This document shows, in pieces, positions 29,779-37,829 of a stretch of 64,000 nt of DNA. Origin of the DNA: Candidatus Babeliales bacterium (GTDB taxonomy: Bacteria; Babelota; Babeliae; Babelales; RVW-14); NCBI GenBank assembly GCA_041662445.1, contig JBAZSL010000007.1:7064-71063 (forward strand). Reading direction: 5' to 3'. The notes beneath the pieces were generated by a model that saw only the letters and a list, made by a program, of their open reading frames with translations, had not been told where the DNA came from and did no database searches. Both the position numbers and the translations under genes were made by a program. The first letter of the stretch is position 1, and every line of letters starts with the position of its first letter.

Positions 29779-30408
29779 ATGAAGAATACTGTATTGATGC
29801 TCATTGTGTGGTCTTGTTATCTTTTGAGTACGCACGCCGAATGTGCTCTTTCGGTCAATTGGGAAACACATGCGTTTGAGTGTGCCGATCTTATTGCCAC
29901 TATGCCTGAAGATGATCCTGAATTTGATGAAGTAAGAAGTATCTTTTTGTGTTATATGCAACGCGCATTTGATGATGGTGAAACGCTTCTTCATGCACCC
30001 TATAAATATAAGTTTTGTGCCAAAGACACTCATCTCAAAACTATTGAAATTGCTTTATGTCGCGCGATTGGAAGGAATACAGACTTTTTTGAATCGGTCT
30101 TGCTGCAGCAAGATGATGCTGGCGATACTCCCTTTCACGCAGCTATATGGTATGGCCATGAAGATTGGTTGCAGCTGCTCATTCGTGTGGCGCTTGCCTG
30201 TACTTCGGCATGCTCTTTGGCTTATGTTGAGGAGATTTTGCTCATTAAAAATAAACAGGGTCAGTCAATTTTTGACCTTGCTCTTGCTGAAATCAAAAAG
30301 TTTACCACGCAAGGCGATCCGTTGAGAGCGTTTGCATGTAGCACCATGTTTGTGTCGTTAGTCCAATTTCGGCATGATCTTGAGGAAAAGAGTTCAGAAC
30401 TTTACTAA
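29779..30408 (+). CDS. secreted ankyrin-repeat-like protein (209 aa)
   Basis: ATG at 29779 (the track ORF begins inside the recombinase gene). Signal peptide MKNTVLMLIVWSCYLLSTHA. ANK-like units (DDGETLLHAP…, DAGDTPFHAAIWYGHEDWLQLLI). Confidence 0.6.
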   Translation: MKNTVLMLIVWSCYLLSTHAECALSVNWETHAFECADLIATMPEDDPEFDEVRSIFLCYMQRAFDDGETLLHAPYKYKFCAKDTHLKTIEIALCRAIGRNTDFFESVLLQQDDAGDTPFHAAIWYGHEDWLQLLIRVALACTSACSLAYVEEILLIKNKQGQSIFDLALAEIKKFTTQGDPLRAFACSTMFVSLVQFRHDLEEKSSELY

Positions 30409-30514
30409 ATCGTTAACCAACAGAATCTCCTGAAGGTTGCATTCATATTTTTGCCTATGTCATGATGCTGCATGGCGATATTCAAAATTATTAAAAATAT
30501 TTTCTGGAGAAAAC

Positions 30515-33367
30515 ATGGCGACACGTTGGCTATGTATTGCAACTGTTGTAAGCATGTGTTTGAGCTTTTTGTGCATGCGGACTGTACATGGTATGAAGCA
30601 GCAACCGGTTTCCACCACGATCAATCTGATTATTTTGATTGAAACTGGAACTGAGCTTCTTAGTAGAATAGAAAAAATTCACGAGCTTAAGGTTTCGACC
30701 GGCTCCATTGCTGATAAGTTTATTTCTGCGCTTGAACAAGAATGTTCCTTCATCCTCATCCAGTCTGAAATGTGGGATTATTTTTTACACGCAGAATACA
30801 AATATAAAAAAGATAAATTTGTTGATTGTACCCAGCTTATTGATTGGAATAAATGGGAAATGTACAGGATTTATGTCGATCAAGAAGCGGAAGCGGCTTC
30901 TCAGGAGAAAAAAGAAGAGAAACAACCCCATGACAAGCTCGCGGATTTTTATATTTTTTGTCCGATAGCATATAAACAGATGCTTGTCCAAGCTTCGGCA
31001 CTACCACCTATCAAAGAAGCCCTCAAAAAAATACCTGGTCCTGTTACAGCGCCGACGGCATTGGCGATAGAGGCTATTAACAATCTCCCTGATATTGGCA
31101 TTGCGCTGCCGGGAGATAATGACAAAGTTTCAAATCCTCTTCAAGAGCGTGGGAAGTTGCGTGATATTTTTGATAAGTATGCGCAATGGTTAGCCCAACA
31201 AGGCTCTAACAGAAATATTCAAGAGCAACAAAAATATTTACAAGACGCGTTGGAAGCTTATGAAGAAAAGTCGACAAAACTCCTCGGAGATAACTTTTTA
31301 CAATGTTTGGAGAAGATTTGTGTTTTAAAAACGGTAAAGGTTACGTCTGATATACCACATCTGCCACGATACAATGTGTATATCAATGGTCATGGAAGTT
31401 CAACGGTTTACACCGCTCAGTTAGAAGATTTAATGGCTCAAGCTCAGAGATTTGGATATTGGCCAATGGGGAAAATTTCGTCATATGACGTAGGCGAGGT
31501 ACACAAGTTCAAAGAAGCCCGCGATGCAGTTAAAACCACATTGGATGAGGAATCAGGATATATTGCCGGACTTTCCCCGGTTATCTATGGCAAGACATTG
31601 GATTTTTTTAACGGGATTGCCAACTTTGTGTTTGTTTCAACATGCTATGGGGCTGGGACACATCTAGCGCTACCCTTTGTCTTTATGAATGCCCAGTCGT
31701 TATCGTATACATTAATTACTGGAGCGTTGCTTGATGCAGAAAGTTCCTCAAAATCACCAAGTGTAACCGAAGAGAGCACCCAACCCAATAGTTATAGCGT
31801 TAAAAGCAATATTCATTTTAAAGAGTATTTTGAAGGAACGGGTAATTTTGAGAATTTTGTACGCAAAGAAGAACAGGAAATAGCCGCATCTGAAAAAGCA
31901 CGTGGGAAACAAGAGCCAAGAAACTATTTTGCACGGTTGCTTAATTCTGTTGGTAATTTTTTGGATGAAGCAGGAACCATGAAAAAAGACTATCACATTC
32001 AAAATTTACCATGGATAAAACTACCAGGGCCTACCGATTGGCATGTTGTTATGCATATGGATAACCAAGTCTTGGTTATTAATGATGCGCTGTTAGCAGC
32101 TAAAAAATTAGAAAAGAAATTAAAATTCAAACCGTCCCCGCGAGAGCTCCAAAGCGACGAATTGGTTCCATGGGTATCACTGCCGCCAGAATTGACGGCT
32201 GCTTGGACGGAAAAATGGGGTGCCTGGGAAAAGAAGAGAAAACAGCCTGCATTTTCTTCCGCATGCATTGACGCACATAATAAAACATTAATTTTTGTTG
32301 CTACGGCTCAAACCATTATACCAACTATTGAATTTGGCTGTCCCAGTTCGCCTGTGGCGATAATTCCTCTGCATCGGCCACAAAGCCCTTCAGCGCCGAT
32401 AATTATCTCTTTTGAAGCTATGCGTGTGGGGAGTGCGTTTGCTAGCTTTTTTAATTACGTTTTAAAGCCAGCAGAACCATTGGTGAAAATACCTCAAAAA
32501 ACACTTATAGTAATAAAAAAAATTGAATACGGTACTGCTCGGGATTATGTAACAGATACAAAAGATCAACTTATTACGTTCATAAAATCTATATGCCCGC
32601 AGTTAGACGCTAAGAAAGAGCTCAGTAACTGCATCGTTGTTTTTGGCGCTGACAACATGCGGTCCTACGATTGTTATGTTTCATGTGATGATCACTATTT
32701 TGGGATTAAGCACAAAATAGATAGAATGATTGAAATCAAGGAGATATCACTTAATGAGGCGTTCGAGCTTGCCGCTAAGGATTGGAATGCTGGGTTGCTT
32801 GGTGAATTAATGAAGCTTGGCGCCAAGTCAGGTCCAGATGCGCGAGGTGATACTGCACTTATGAAAGCAGCTGAAGTAGGAAGCGTAGCTGTCGTTAAAA
32901 AGTTGATTGACGCAGGAGTTGATCTTGATGCGCAAAATGATTTTAAAGAAACCGCACTTATCTATGCAGCAGAAAAAAATCAATTGGAGGTAATCAAGCT
33001 GTTAGTTGAAGCGGGGGTAAAGGTAAATTTACAGGCGACGTCAGGATGGACGGCTCTTTGCAAGGCGGTTTACAATAAAAATATGCCTGCGATCACCTAT
33101 CTTCTTGATCATGGCGCTGATCCAAAATTGGGTATAACGTTAGTTGCATCCGCAAAAGACTTTCAGTTCATCGCCTCTCGCACAACCCACACATCACCAC
33201 ATTTCAAAAAAGCGCTTCAAACAACACAACAAACGTGTGCTAGAGAATTATGGCGCCAACAAAAGACTGGGGGCTCGCAAACAGCTCGTGATATTGTTAC
33301 GCAACAAATGCAGAGGATGAATATCCCTAAACTTATCCAAGAGACTGAAGCTTGGCTGAAGGCGTGA
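30515..33367 (+). CDS. large secreted protein (950 aa) with C-terminal ankyrin repeats
   Basis: GGAG RBS before the ATG at 30515. Signal peptide MATRWLCIATVVSMCLSFLCMRTVHG. Three or four canonical ANK repeats at the C-terminus (GDTALMKAAEVGSVAVVKKLIDAGVDLDAQN…ETALIYAAEKNQLEVIKLLVEAGVKVN…GWTALCKAV…YLLDHGADP). Confidence 0.8.
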   Translation: MATRWLCIATVVSMCLSFLCMRTVHGMKQQPVSTTINLIILIETGTELLSRIEKIHELKVSTGSIADKFISALEQECSFILIQSEMWDYFLHAEYKYKKDKFVDCTQLIDWNKWEMYRIYVDQEAEAASQEKKEEKQPHDKLADFYIFCPIAYKQMLVQASALPPIKEALKKIPGPVTAPTALAIEAINNLPDIGIALPGDNDKVSNPLQERGKLRDIFDKYAQWLAQQGSNRNIQEQQKYLQDALEAYEEKSTKLLGDNFLQCLEKICVLKTVKVTSDIPHLPRYNVYINGHGSSTVYTAQLEDLMAQAQRFGYWPMGKISSYDVGEVHKFKEARDAVKTTLDEESGYIAGLSPVIYGKTLDFFNGIANFVFVSTCYGAGTHLALPFVFMNAQSLSYTLITGALLDAESSSKSPSVTEESTQPNSYSVKSNIHFKEYFEGTGNFENFVRKEEQEIAASEKARGKQEPRNYFARLLNSVGNFLDEAGTMKKDYHIQNLPWIKLPGPTDWHVVMHMDNQVLVINDALLAAKKLEKKLKFKPSPRELQSDELVPWVSLPPELTAAWTEKWGAWEKKRKQPAFSSACIDAHNKTLIFVATAQTIIPTIEFGCPSSPVAIIPLHRPQSPSAPIIISFEAMRVGSAFASFFNYVLKPAEPLVKIPQKTLIVIKKIEYGTARDYVTDTKDQLITFIKSICPQLDAKKELSNCIVVFGADNMRSYDCYVSCDDHYFGIKHKIDRMIEIKEISLNEAFELAAKDWNAGLLGELMKLGAKSGPDARGDTALMKAAEVGSVAVVKKLIDAGVDLDAQNDFKETALIYAAEKNQLEVIKLLVEAGVKVNLQATSGWTALCKAVYNKNMPAITYLLDHGADPKLGITLVASAKDFQFIASRTTHTSPHFKKALQTTQQTCARELWRQQKTGGSQTARDIVTQQMQRMNIPKLIQETEAWLKA

Positions 33368-33415
33368 GATATCATTTCATTAAAGCGTTAACAGACAAAA
33401 TATCATGCTATATAC

Positions 33416-33590
33416 TAGACTCTGTTGATTTTTACGACAACAAAGTCATTCCCTCGGAAGAGGGAATCCAGGAGCCTAGATCCCCGCTTTCGCGGGGACG
33501 ACGTAAGAAGTCGGCGGCCTGCCCTTCGAAGCTAGCCTCAGCGTAGGAGGGGGATGACGTAAAAGTCAGGACGGTGGTGTAAAAAGTCAA
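33416..33590. mobile_element. MITE/REP-like intergenic element, copy B (~175 bp)
   Basis: The left end TAGACTCTGTTG resembles the copy A end, and the right end AAAAAGTCAA forms an imperfect TIR. Hairpins are attccctc-ggaa-gagggaat (33448-33467) and tccccgc-tttc-gcgggga (33481-33498). GGGGACGACG and GGGGATGACG subrepeats are present. Confidence 0.5.
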
Positions 33591-33653
33591 CGAAACCTAA
33601 GAAAGTTTTTTGATTGCATGGTCATCAGTTAGACCTTTAATAATGGTACCTAT

Positions 33654-34778
33654 ATGAATTGTACGTTTTCCGCTCCGCAAAAAGATTTATTGATGCTTCT
33701 TGGCTCAATGCAGCCAATTTGTAACAAACGAACAACACTTGATATTACCGAATCAATTTTGTTCCACATAACGCCTCGCGAGCTTGTTTTGAAGGCAACC
33801 GATATGGAGATAAGCCTTCAAGCAAATACCGATGTTGAAAGCGATGCAACAGAAAGTTTAGCATTCTTGATTTCAGGCAAGCGCATTTTTGAACTCATTA
33901 AGGAGCTTGATGGAATCATAACTTTTAAAGTAAGTGATGGACAAGTTCGCCTTCAAGTTGGAGCTGTTGATTTGGCCCTCAATATTAAAGACTCTCAAGA
34001 ATTTCCACCATTTCCTGAACGTATCGAAAACTTCATGGATATGGAGGCACGATTCTTCCTTGATATGCTTAATAAAGTTGCCTTTGTTATTCCACAAAAC
34101 AATGCCAACGCTGCCCTGAATGGCATGCTTCTTGAAATCAATCCCCATGAACTCTCTATTGTAGCTACTGATGGCCACAGCCTTGCACGTGTTACTACGA
34201 CGAAATATGTTTTAAGCGAAGAAAAGAAATGGTTGATGCCTAAACGCGCCGTTCTTGAGCTTAAAAAATTGTTAGAAGCTTATCCTGATGACAAGGTTTT
34301 TGTGGGCGTTTGCGGTAATCAACTGGTTTTTTCAGGTAAAAACTTTAACTTTTTCACCAAACTCATTGCCGACCCATTTCCACAATACCAATCAGTACTC
34401 GCCAGGGAAGGCTTTATTCCGGCTCGTCTGAGTAAGGATCCTTTGGTGAGAACGCTCAAACGCACTAACTGCTTATTGGCTGGCCAATTTGTTTCAACGA
34501 ATTTTGCGTTCGGTTCCGGCAAACTCAAAGTGAGCATGCGCAATAAAGAGGTTGGTGAGCTTGAAGAAGAGTTGTCTCTTGAAGCATATGATGGCGAAGG
34601 CATGGAAAGCCGTTTTTATGCACCGTATATCTTGAACGGCCTTCAAGCATTTTCGGACGAAGCGGTTAATTTCTATGTTAAAAACAACACCAAGCCAATT
34701 ATTTTTGAAGCTTCACGTGACGATGTGCATATGACCTACCTGGTAATGCCTGTTTCTCTTGCGCAGCAAGAAGGATAA
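33654..34778 (+). CDS. dnaN: DNA polymerase III beta sliding clamp
   Basis: 374 aa with a three-domain clamp pattern (…LEINPHELSIVATDGHSLA…, …MTYLVMPV…). Confidence 0.93.
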   Translation: MNCTFSAPQKDLLMLLGSMQPICNKRTTLDITESILFHITPRELVLKATDMEISLQANTDVESDATESLAFLISGKRIFELIKELDGIITFKVSDGQVRLQVGAVDLALNIKDSQEFPPFPERIENFMDMEARFFLDMLNKVAFVIPQNNANAALNGMLLEINPHELSIVATDGHSLARVTTTKYVLSEEKKWLMPKRAVLELKKLLEAYPDDKVFVGVCGNQLVFSGKNFNFFTKLIADPFPQYQSVLAREGFIPARLSKDPLVRTLKRTNCLLAGQFVSTNFAFGSGKLKVSMRNKEVGELEEELSLEAYDGEGMESRFYAPYILNGLQAFSDEAVNFYVKNNTKPIIFEASRDDVHMTYLVMPVSLAQQEG

Positions 34779-34795
34779 TCAGACGGGTTGGCAGA

Positions 34796-35890
34796 GTGTT
34801 TGTTGAATCATTAACGTTACAAAACTTTCGGTGTTTTTCTGAGCGATCATTTACGTTCAATGGTCGTTTGGTAGTCATTGAGGGCCCTAATGGATCTGGT
34901 AAGAGTTGTTTGTTAGAGGCCCTTCATTATTGTTGCTACCTGCGTTCGTTTCGCACACGTTTGAACCGCGATCTTGTTCAGTTGGGCAAGGAACACTTTT
35001 TTGTGCAGGCCAATGTGCGGCAAGAGGCTGCAGCGCTGACTGATGACATTCAGGTAGGTTTTTCGGGCACTGAAGGCAAGGTCGTCCGTTGGAATCGCAA
35101 CCTTGTTCAATCATACAAAGATTTAATGGCGCATTTTAAAGTGATCACGTTGGTTGCCGATGATATCAATGTGGTACAGGGTGAGCCTGAAATACGGCGT
35201 GATTTTTTGAATTATGCTATGACGCTTGGCAATCCTTCGCTGTTGGGACAATTTAAAACCTATCGACAAATTCTTGACCAGCGCAACAGCCTGCTTACGC
35301 GTGGGAGTGGGGTGGACGACACGTTTATGACCTGGACCGAAAAATTATGGATTGAGGCAACACTTCTTCGGCAGCAGCGTGAAAGTTACCTGGGCACGCT
35401 TGAAGTGACTATTAATAAACTTTTAGAGACGTATTTTGCGGATGATAAGGATTCAGACTTTCGCATTGAGCTCGTTTATGCAACTAAACATGGGGCTGAT
35501 ACTGCAACCTTTGATGCGTTTTGGTGTGCTTTTGAAAAATCTCATGTAGCAACGGAGTGGTTGTGGCGGCGGAGCCTTTTTGGTGTCCATCTTGATGATG
35601 TAGTAATTAATTTTCAGAAGAAGAGGGCGCGGGTGTATGCATCACGAGGGCAACAGAAGTTGTTAGCGTTTTTGTTGAAAGTTGCGCAGCTTGAACAGCT
35701 ATCGGCGCAGAGTAGTGAACCTGGAGTTTTGCTGCTTGATGATTTTATGACCGATTTTGATAGGGGTAGGGTGGAGCGGTGTTTGAGGATTTTGCAAAAC
35801 TTTAATGTTCAGATTTTTTTGAGCACGCCCATCGATCCGCGCGCGTTTTTAAACGGGTTTGATGATGTGATGTGTCATATTCAATTATAA
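34796..35890 (+). CDS. recF: DNA replication and repair protein RecF
   Basis: MFVESLTLQNFRCF…GPNGSGKSCLLEAL Walker A and LLLDDFMTDFD Walker B/signature region. GTG start. Confidence 0.92.
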   Translation: MFVESLTLQNFRCFSERSFTFNGRLVVIEGPNGSGKSCLLEALHYCCYLRSFRTRLNRDLVQLGKEHFFVQANVRQEAAALTDDIQVGFSGTEGKVVRWNRNLVQSYKDLMAHFKVITLVADDINVVQGEPEIRRDFLNYAMTLGNPSLLGQFKTYRQILDQRNSLLTRGSGVDDTFMTWTEKLWIEATLLRQQRESYLGTLEVTINKLLETYFADDKDSDFRIELVYATKHGADTATFDAFWCAFEKSHVATEWLWRRSLFGVHLDDVVINFQKKRARVYASRGQQKLLAFLLKVAQLEQLSAQSSEPGVLLLDDFMTDFDRGRVERCLRILQNFNVQIFLSTPIDPRAFLNGFDDVMCHIQL

Positions 35891-36132
35891 GCCATAATCT
35901 CATACAATACTTTTTAGCCCCCTCTCAGTCCCCTTATTACAATGAACCCGTTCAGTGTTTTGCAAGCCTTGTGAGCAAAACGTATCGAGCCGCGAACACA
36001 TTTATACGTTAAAACCTTGCTTTTTCCTGGCAATACAGTATATTTTCCACTCTTTTCTCTAGATCTTTGACGAATATATAAGTATTTCTACTTGAAACTT
36101 TGTTTTAAAAAGCGTTGGTTTTTGACATATTT

Positions 36133-36162
36133 TTGAAATGAATATTGATTTTCTTGTAGAAT
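36133..36162 (+). promoter_or_regulatory. candidate sigma70 promoter of small-RNA candidate
   Basis: TTGAAA (36133-36138), an 18-nt spacer, then TAGAAT (36157-36162). An overlapping TTGACA lies at 36122-36127. Confidence 0.4.
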
Positions 36163-36168
36163 CGCTTA

Positions 36169-36282
36169 TAGTTTAGTCACATCGAGTTTGGGAACAGTCA
36201 CCGCTCGATTTTAAATAAGACTTCATTACTACTCTCCTTTCTCCTTTTTCCGCCATGCAGTCCTTGCATGGCGGTTTTTTTT
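36169..36282 (+). ncRNA. candidate small RNA (~115 nt), promoter-to-terminator unit in the recF-downstream gap
   Basis: It lies downstream of the promoter candidate. There is an internal stem ATCGAG…CTCGAT (36181-36209), a CU-rich tract ACUCUCCUUUCUCCUUUUUCC, and a perfect terminator. It contains no ORF. Confidence 0.4.
36250..36282 (+). terminator. Rho-independent terminator
   Basis: CCGCCATGCA-gtcct-TGCATGGCGG (perfect 10-bp stem, 5-nt loop) followed by T8 (36275-36282). Confidence 0.85.
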
Positions 36283-36309
36283 ATGCGTGCGAGGGAAAAT
36301 ATTTTTTGC

Positions 36310-36425
36310 TTTTTGGTTGAAAAACGGGGTTGTTTGGAGATATTTTTGGTTAAAAATCGGGGTCGAGCTTGGAGGTTTTTGGTTGAAATTGCAAGTGAAG
36401 CGCTAGGAATGTAGGAAAATGGAGG
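36310..36425 (+). repeat. three tandem 33-nt direct repeats (TTTTTGGTTGAAAAACGGGG… core)
   Basis: Units start at 36310, 36343 and 36376, an exact 33-nt period. The first two end in TTGGAG. The third degenerates after about 15 nt. Confidence 0.7.
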
Positions 36426-36460
36426 AAAACAGCAGTCGTCGCATGGCGGTTTTTTTTTAT

Positions 36461-36566
36461 TCTACCCAGCTGCCGCCCCCCCCATGGACATTCGTCGTCC
36501 CCATAAACATTTGTCGTCCCCGCGAATGCGGGGACCCATTACACAAATAGGTTTCGAAAAAGTCTA
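36461..36566. repeat. intergenic element family, copy C (rearranged/truncated)
   Basis: ATTCTACCC… resembles the copy A interior. TCGTCGTCCCC and TTGTCGTCCCC are the reverse complement of the GGGGACGAC subrepeats. Hairgpin gtccccgc-gaat-gcggggac. The right end AGGTTTCGAAAAAGTCTA matches the copy A end and stops 3 nt before the stop codon of the 36569..37246 gene. Confidence 0.5.
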
Positions 36567-36568
36567 TG

Positions 36569-37246
36569 TTACTGCTTTTTTAGGATGAGAAGTGACGAGG
36601 TGATTGTTGTATTCTGTGCATTGGTAAAACCGCGCGCAAACTCCTTGGCGGAAGTAAGCATTTTTTTGAAGTTCTCAAAGCTTATGCTGTTTTTATAAGC
36701 AGGCTTAATAGTTAATTTCTTTTTATTACTAGTGCGTATGCCCACCGTAGCTATGAGATTTGTGATAACGGTGCCAAGTTTTTGAGCATTTGTCTTATAT
36801 ACAGTATTGTCGAGTTCTGCAGTTTTTGGCAGATACCCTTCGTTCGCCAAAAGTTGATTAATGGCCGTCACGGCATTGGCATATTCGCCTGCGGTAAAAA
36901 GTCCCTGTATGGCAATAACTTTAACGATGAAATTTTTCTGTAACGCAGTGACGCGGTCGGCTAGATCTTGTTTGGCGGGGTTTGTAGTTCCTTCTGATAG
37001 TATGCTAGTTTTTTGCGATGTACTTGCGGTTCCTGCTGATGATGTTTGGCTTGGTTTTGTTATCGCAGATGAAGTCGATGGAGTTTGTACTGAAATGGCA
37101 CTTGTTGAAGTAGGTCGGACGATGAGTGTTCCCCCCGCTTGGCTACTCGTGCCTGATGGATTTACCCCTCCGCCTATTCGTGGTGATACCATGCAGAAAG
37201 GCGCAAAGATAGTGATCGTGAGCAAGGTTATGTGTTGGTTGTTCAT
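36569..37246 (-). CDS. secreted Ser/Thr-rich hypothetical protein (225 aa)
   Basis: Hydrophobic N-terminus, then a long S/T/P-rich low-complexity region (…TSTSAISVQTPSTSSAITKPSQTSSAGTASTSQKTS…) and a helical C-terminal half. It is the last gene of the co-oriented array. Confidence 0.55.
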   Translation of the reverse strand: MNNQHITLLTITIFAPFCMVSPRIGGGVNPSGTSSQAGGTLIVRPTSTSAISVQTPSTSSAITKPSQTSSAGTASTSQKTSILSEGTTNPAKQDLADRVTALQKNFIVKVIAIQGLFTAGEYANAVTAINQLLANEGYLPKTAELDNTVYKTNAQKLGTVITNLIATVGIRTSNKKKLTIKPAYKNSISFENFKKMLTSAKEFARGFTNAQNTTITSSLLILKKQ

Positions 37247-37276
37247 TTGAGCTCCTATTTTTTGTTCCTATGGTGA

Positions 37277-37316
37277 AAACTGAGGGGGCGCCGCCGTTCG
37301 TTCGGTCACCCCTTTT
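37277..37316 (-). terminator. possible intrinsic terminator after the 37327..37806 gene
   Basis: The minus strand reads GGGGUGACCG-aacgaa-CGGCGGCGCCCC (imperfect GC stem) followed by CUCAGUUUU. Confidence 0.35.
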
Positions 37317-37326
37317 GAATTCAGGC

Positions 37327-37806
37327 TTATCCGAAGGTTTCTTCTTTTTCATTAATTTCGTTGAGCAGTTTTTCAAGTCTTGTCTGCTCTTTTTCAAGCA
37401 CTTTGACGACATCAGGTTTGCCCTCGGCTTGGGCCTTGAGTGTTTCTATTTCTTTTTTTGCGTTATTAACAGTACGCCGTGCTGAGCCAGTATCAGTCGT
37501 TGCCGTAACTTTTATTGCATGAATATCGGCATATTTTGTTTCAACAAGATATTTGACGACTTTGGCGTGGCCTTTGTCTATGGCAGCGGTGATGGCGTCG
37601 CCAATTCTGTTATACTGTGTTTGAATAATATCTGGATTATCTTTGATAATTTTTTTTACTTCTTTAAGATCTCCATTCGTTGCCGCAACAATGAGCTCGT
37701 TTGCTGTCTTTTCTTCAACTTCAGCATAATGCTCTGTTAGAAGCACCCCGTATCCATACGGCATCACCATCACCGCCGCTAGCGCTATAAATAGTATCTT
37801 GCGCAT
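37327..37806 (-). CDS. small secreted ankyrin-like protein, array paralog (159 aa)
   Basis: Signal peptide MRKILFIALAAVMVMPYGYG. ANK-like helices (ATNGDLKEVKKIIKDNP…AAIDKGHAKVVKYLVE). C-terminal KPDVVKVLEKEQTRLEKLL motif shared with neighbours. Confidence 0.65.
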   Translation of the reverse strand: MRKILFIALAAVMVMPYGYGVLLTEHYAEVEEKTANELIVAATNGDLKEVKKIIKDNPDIIQTQYNRIGDAITAAIDKGHAKVVKYLVETKYADIHAIKVTATTDTGSARRTVNNAKKEIETLKAQAEGKPDVVKVLEKEQTRLEKLLNEINEKEETFG

Positions 37807-37829
37807 AAAATCTCCTTTCAGTTTTTGGT

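Noticed and set aside
36310-36425. A CRISPR array.
   Set aside because: There are only three units and they are directly abutting (33-nt period) with no unique spacers. No cas genes are nearby.
35891-36568. oriC in the recF-downstream gap or in the dnaN upstream spacer.
   Set aside because: No cluster of TTATCCACA-like DnaA boxes was seen (only isolated weak matches such as TTTTCCACT). dnaA is absent from the window.
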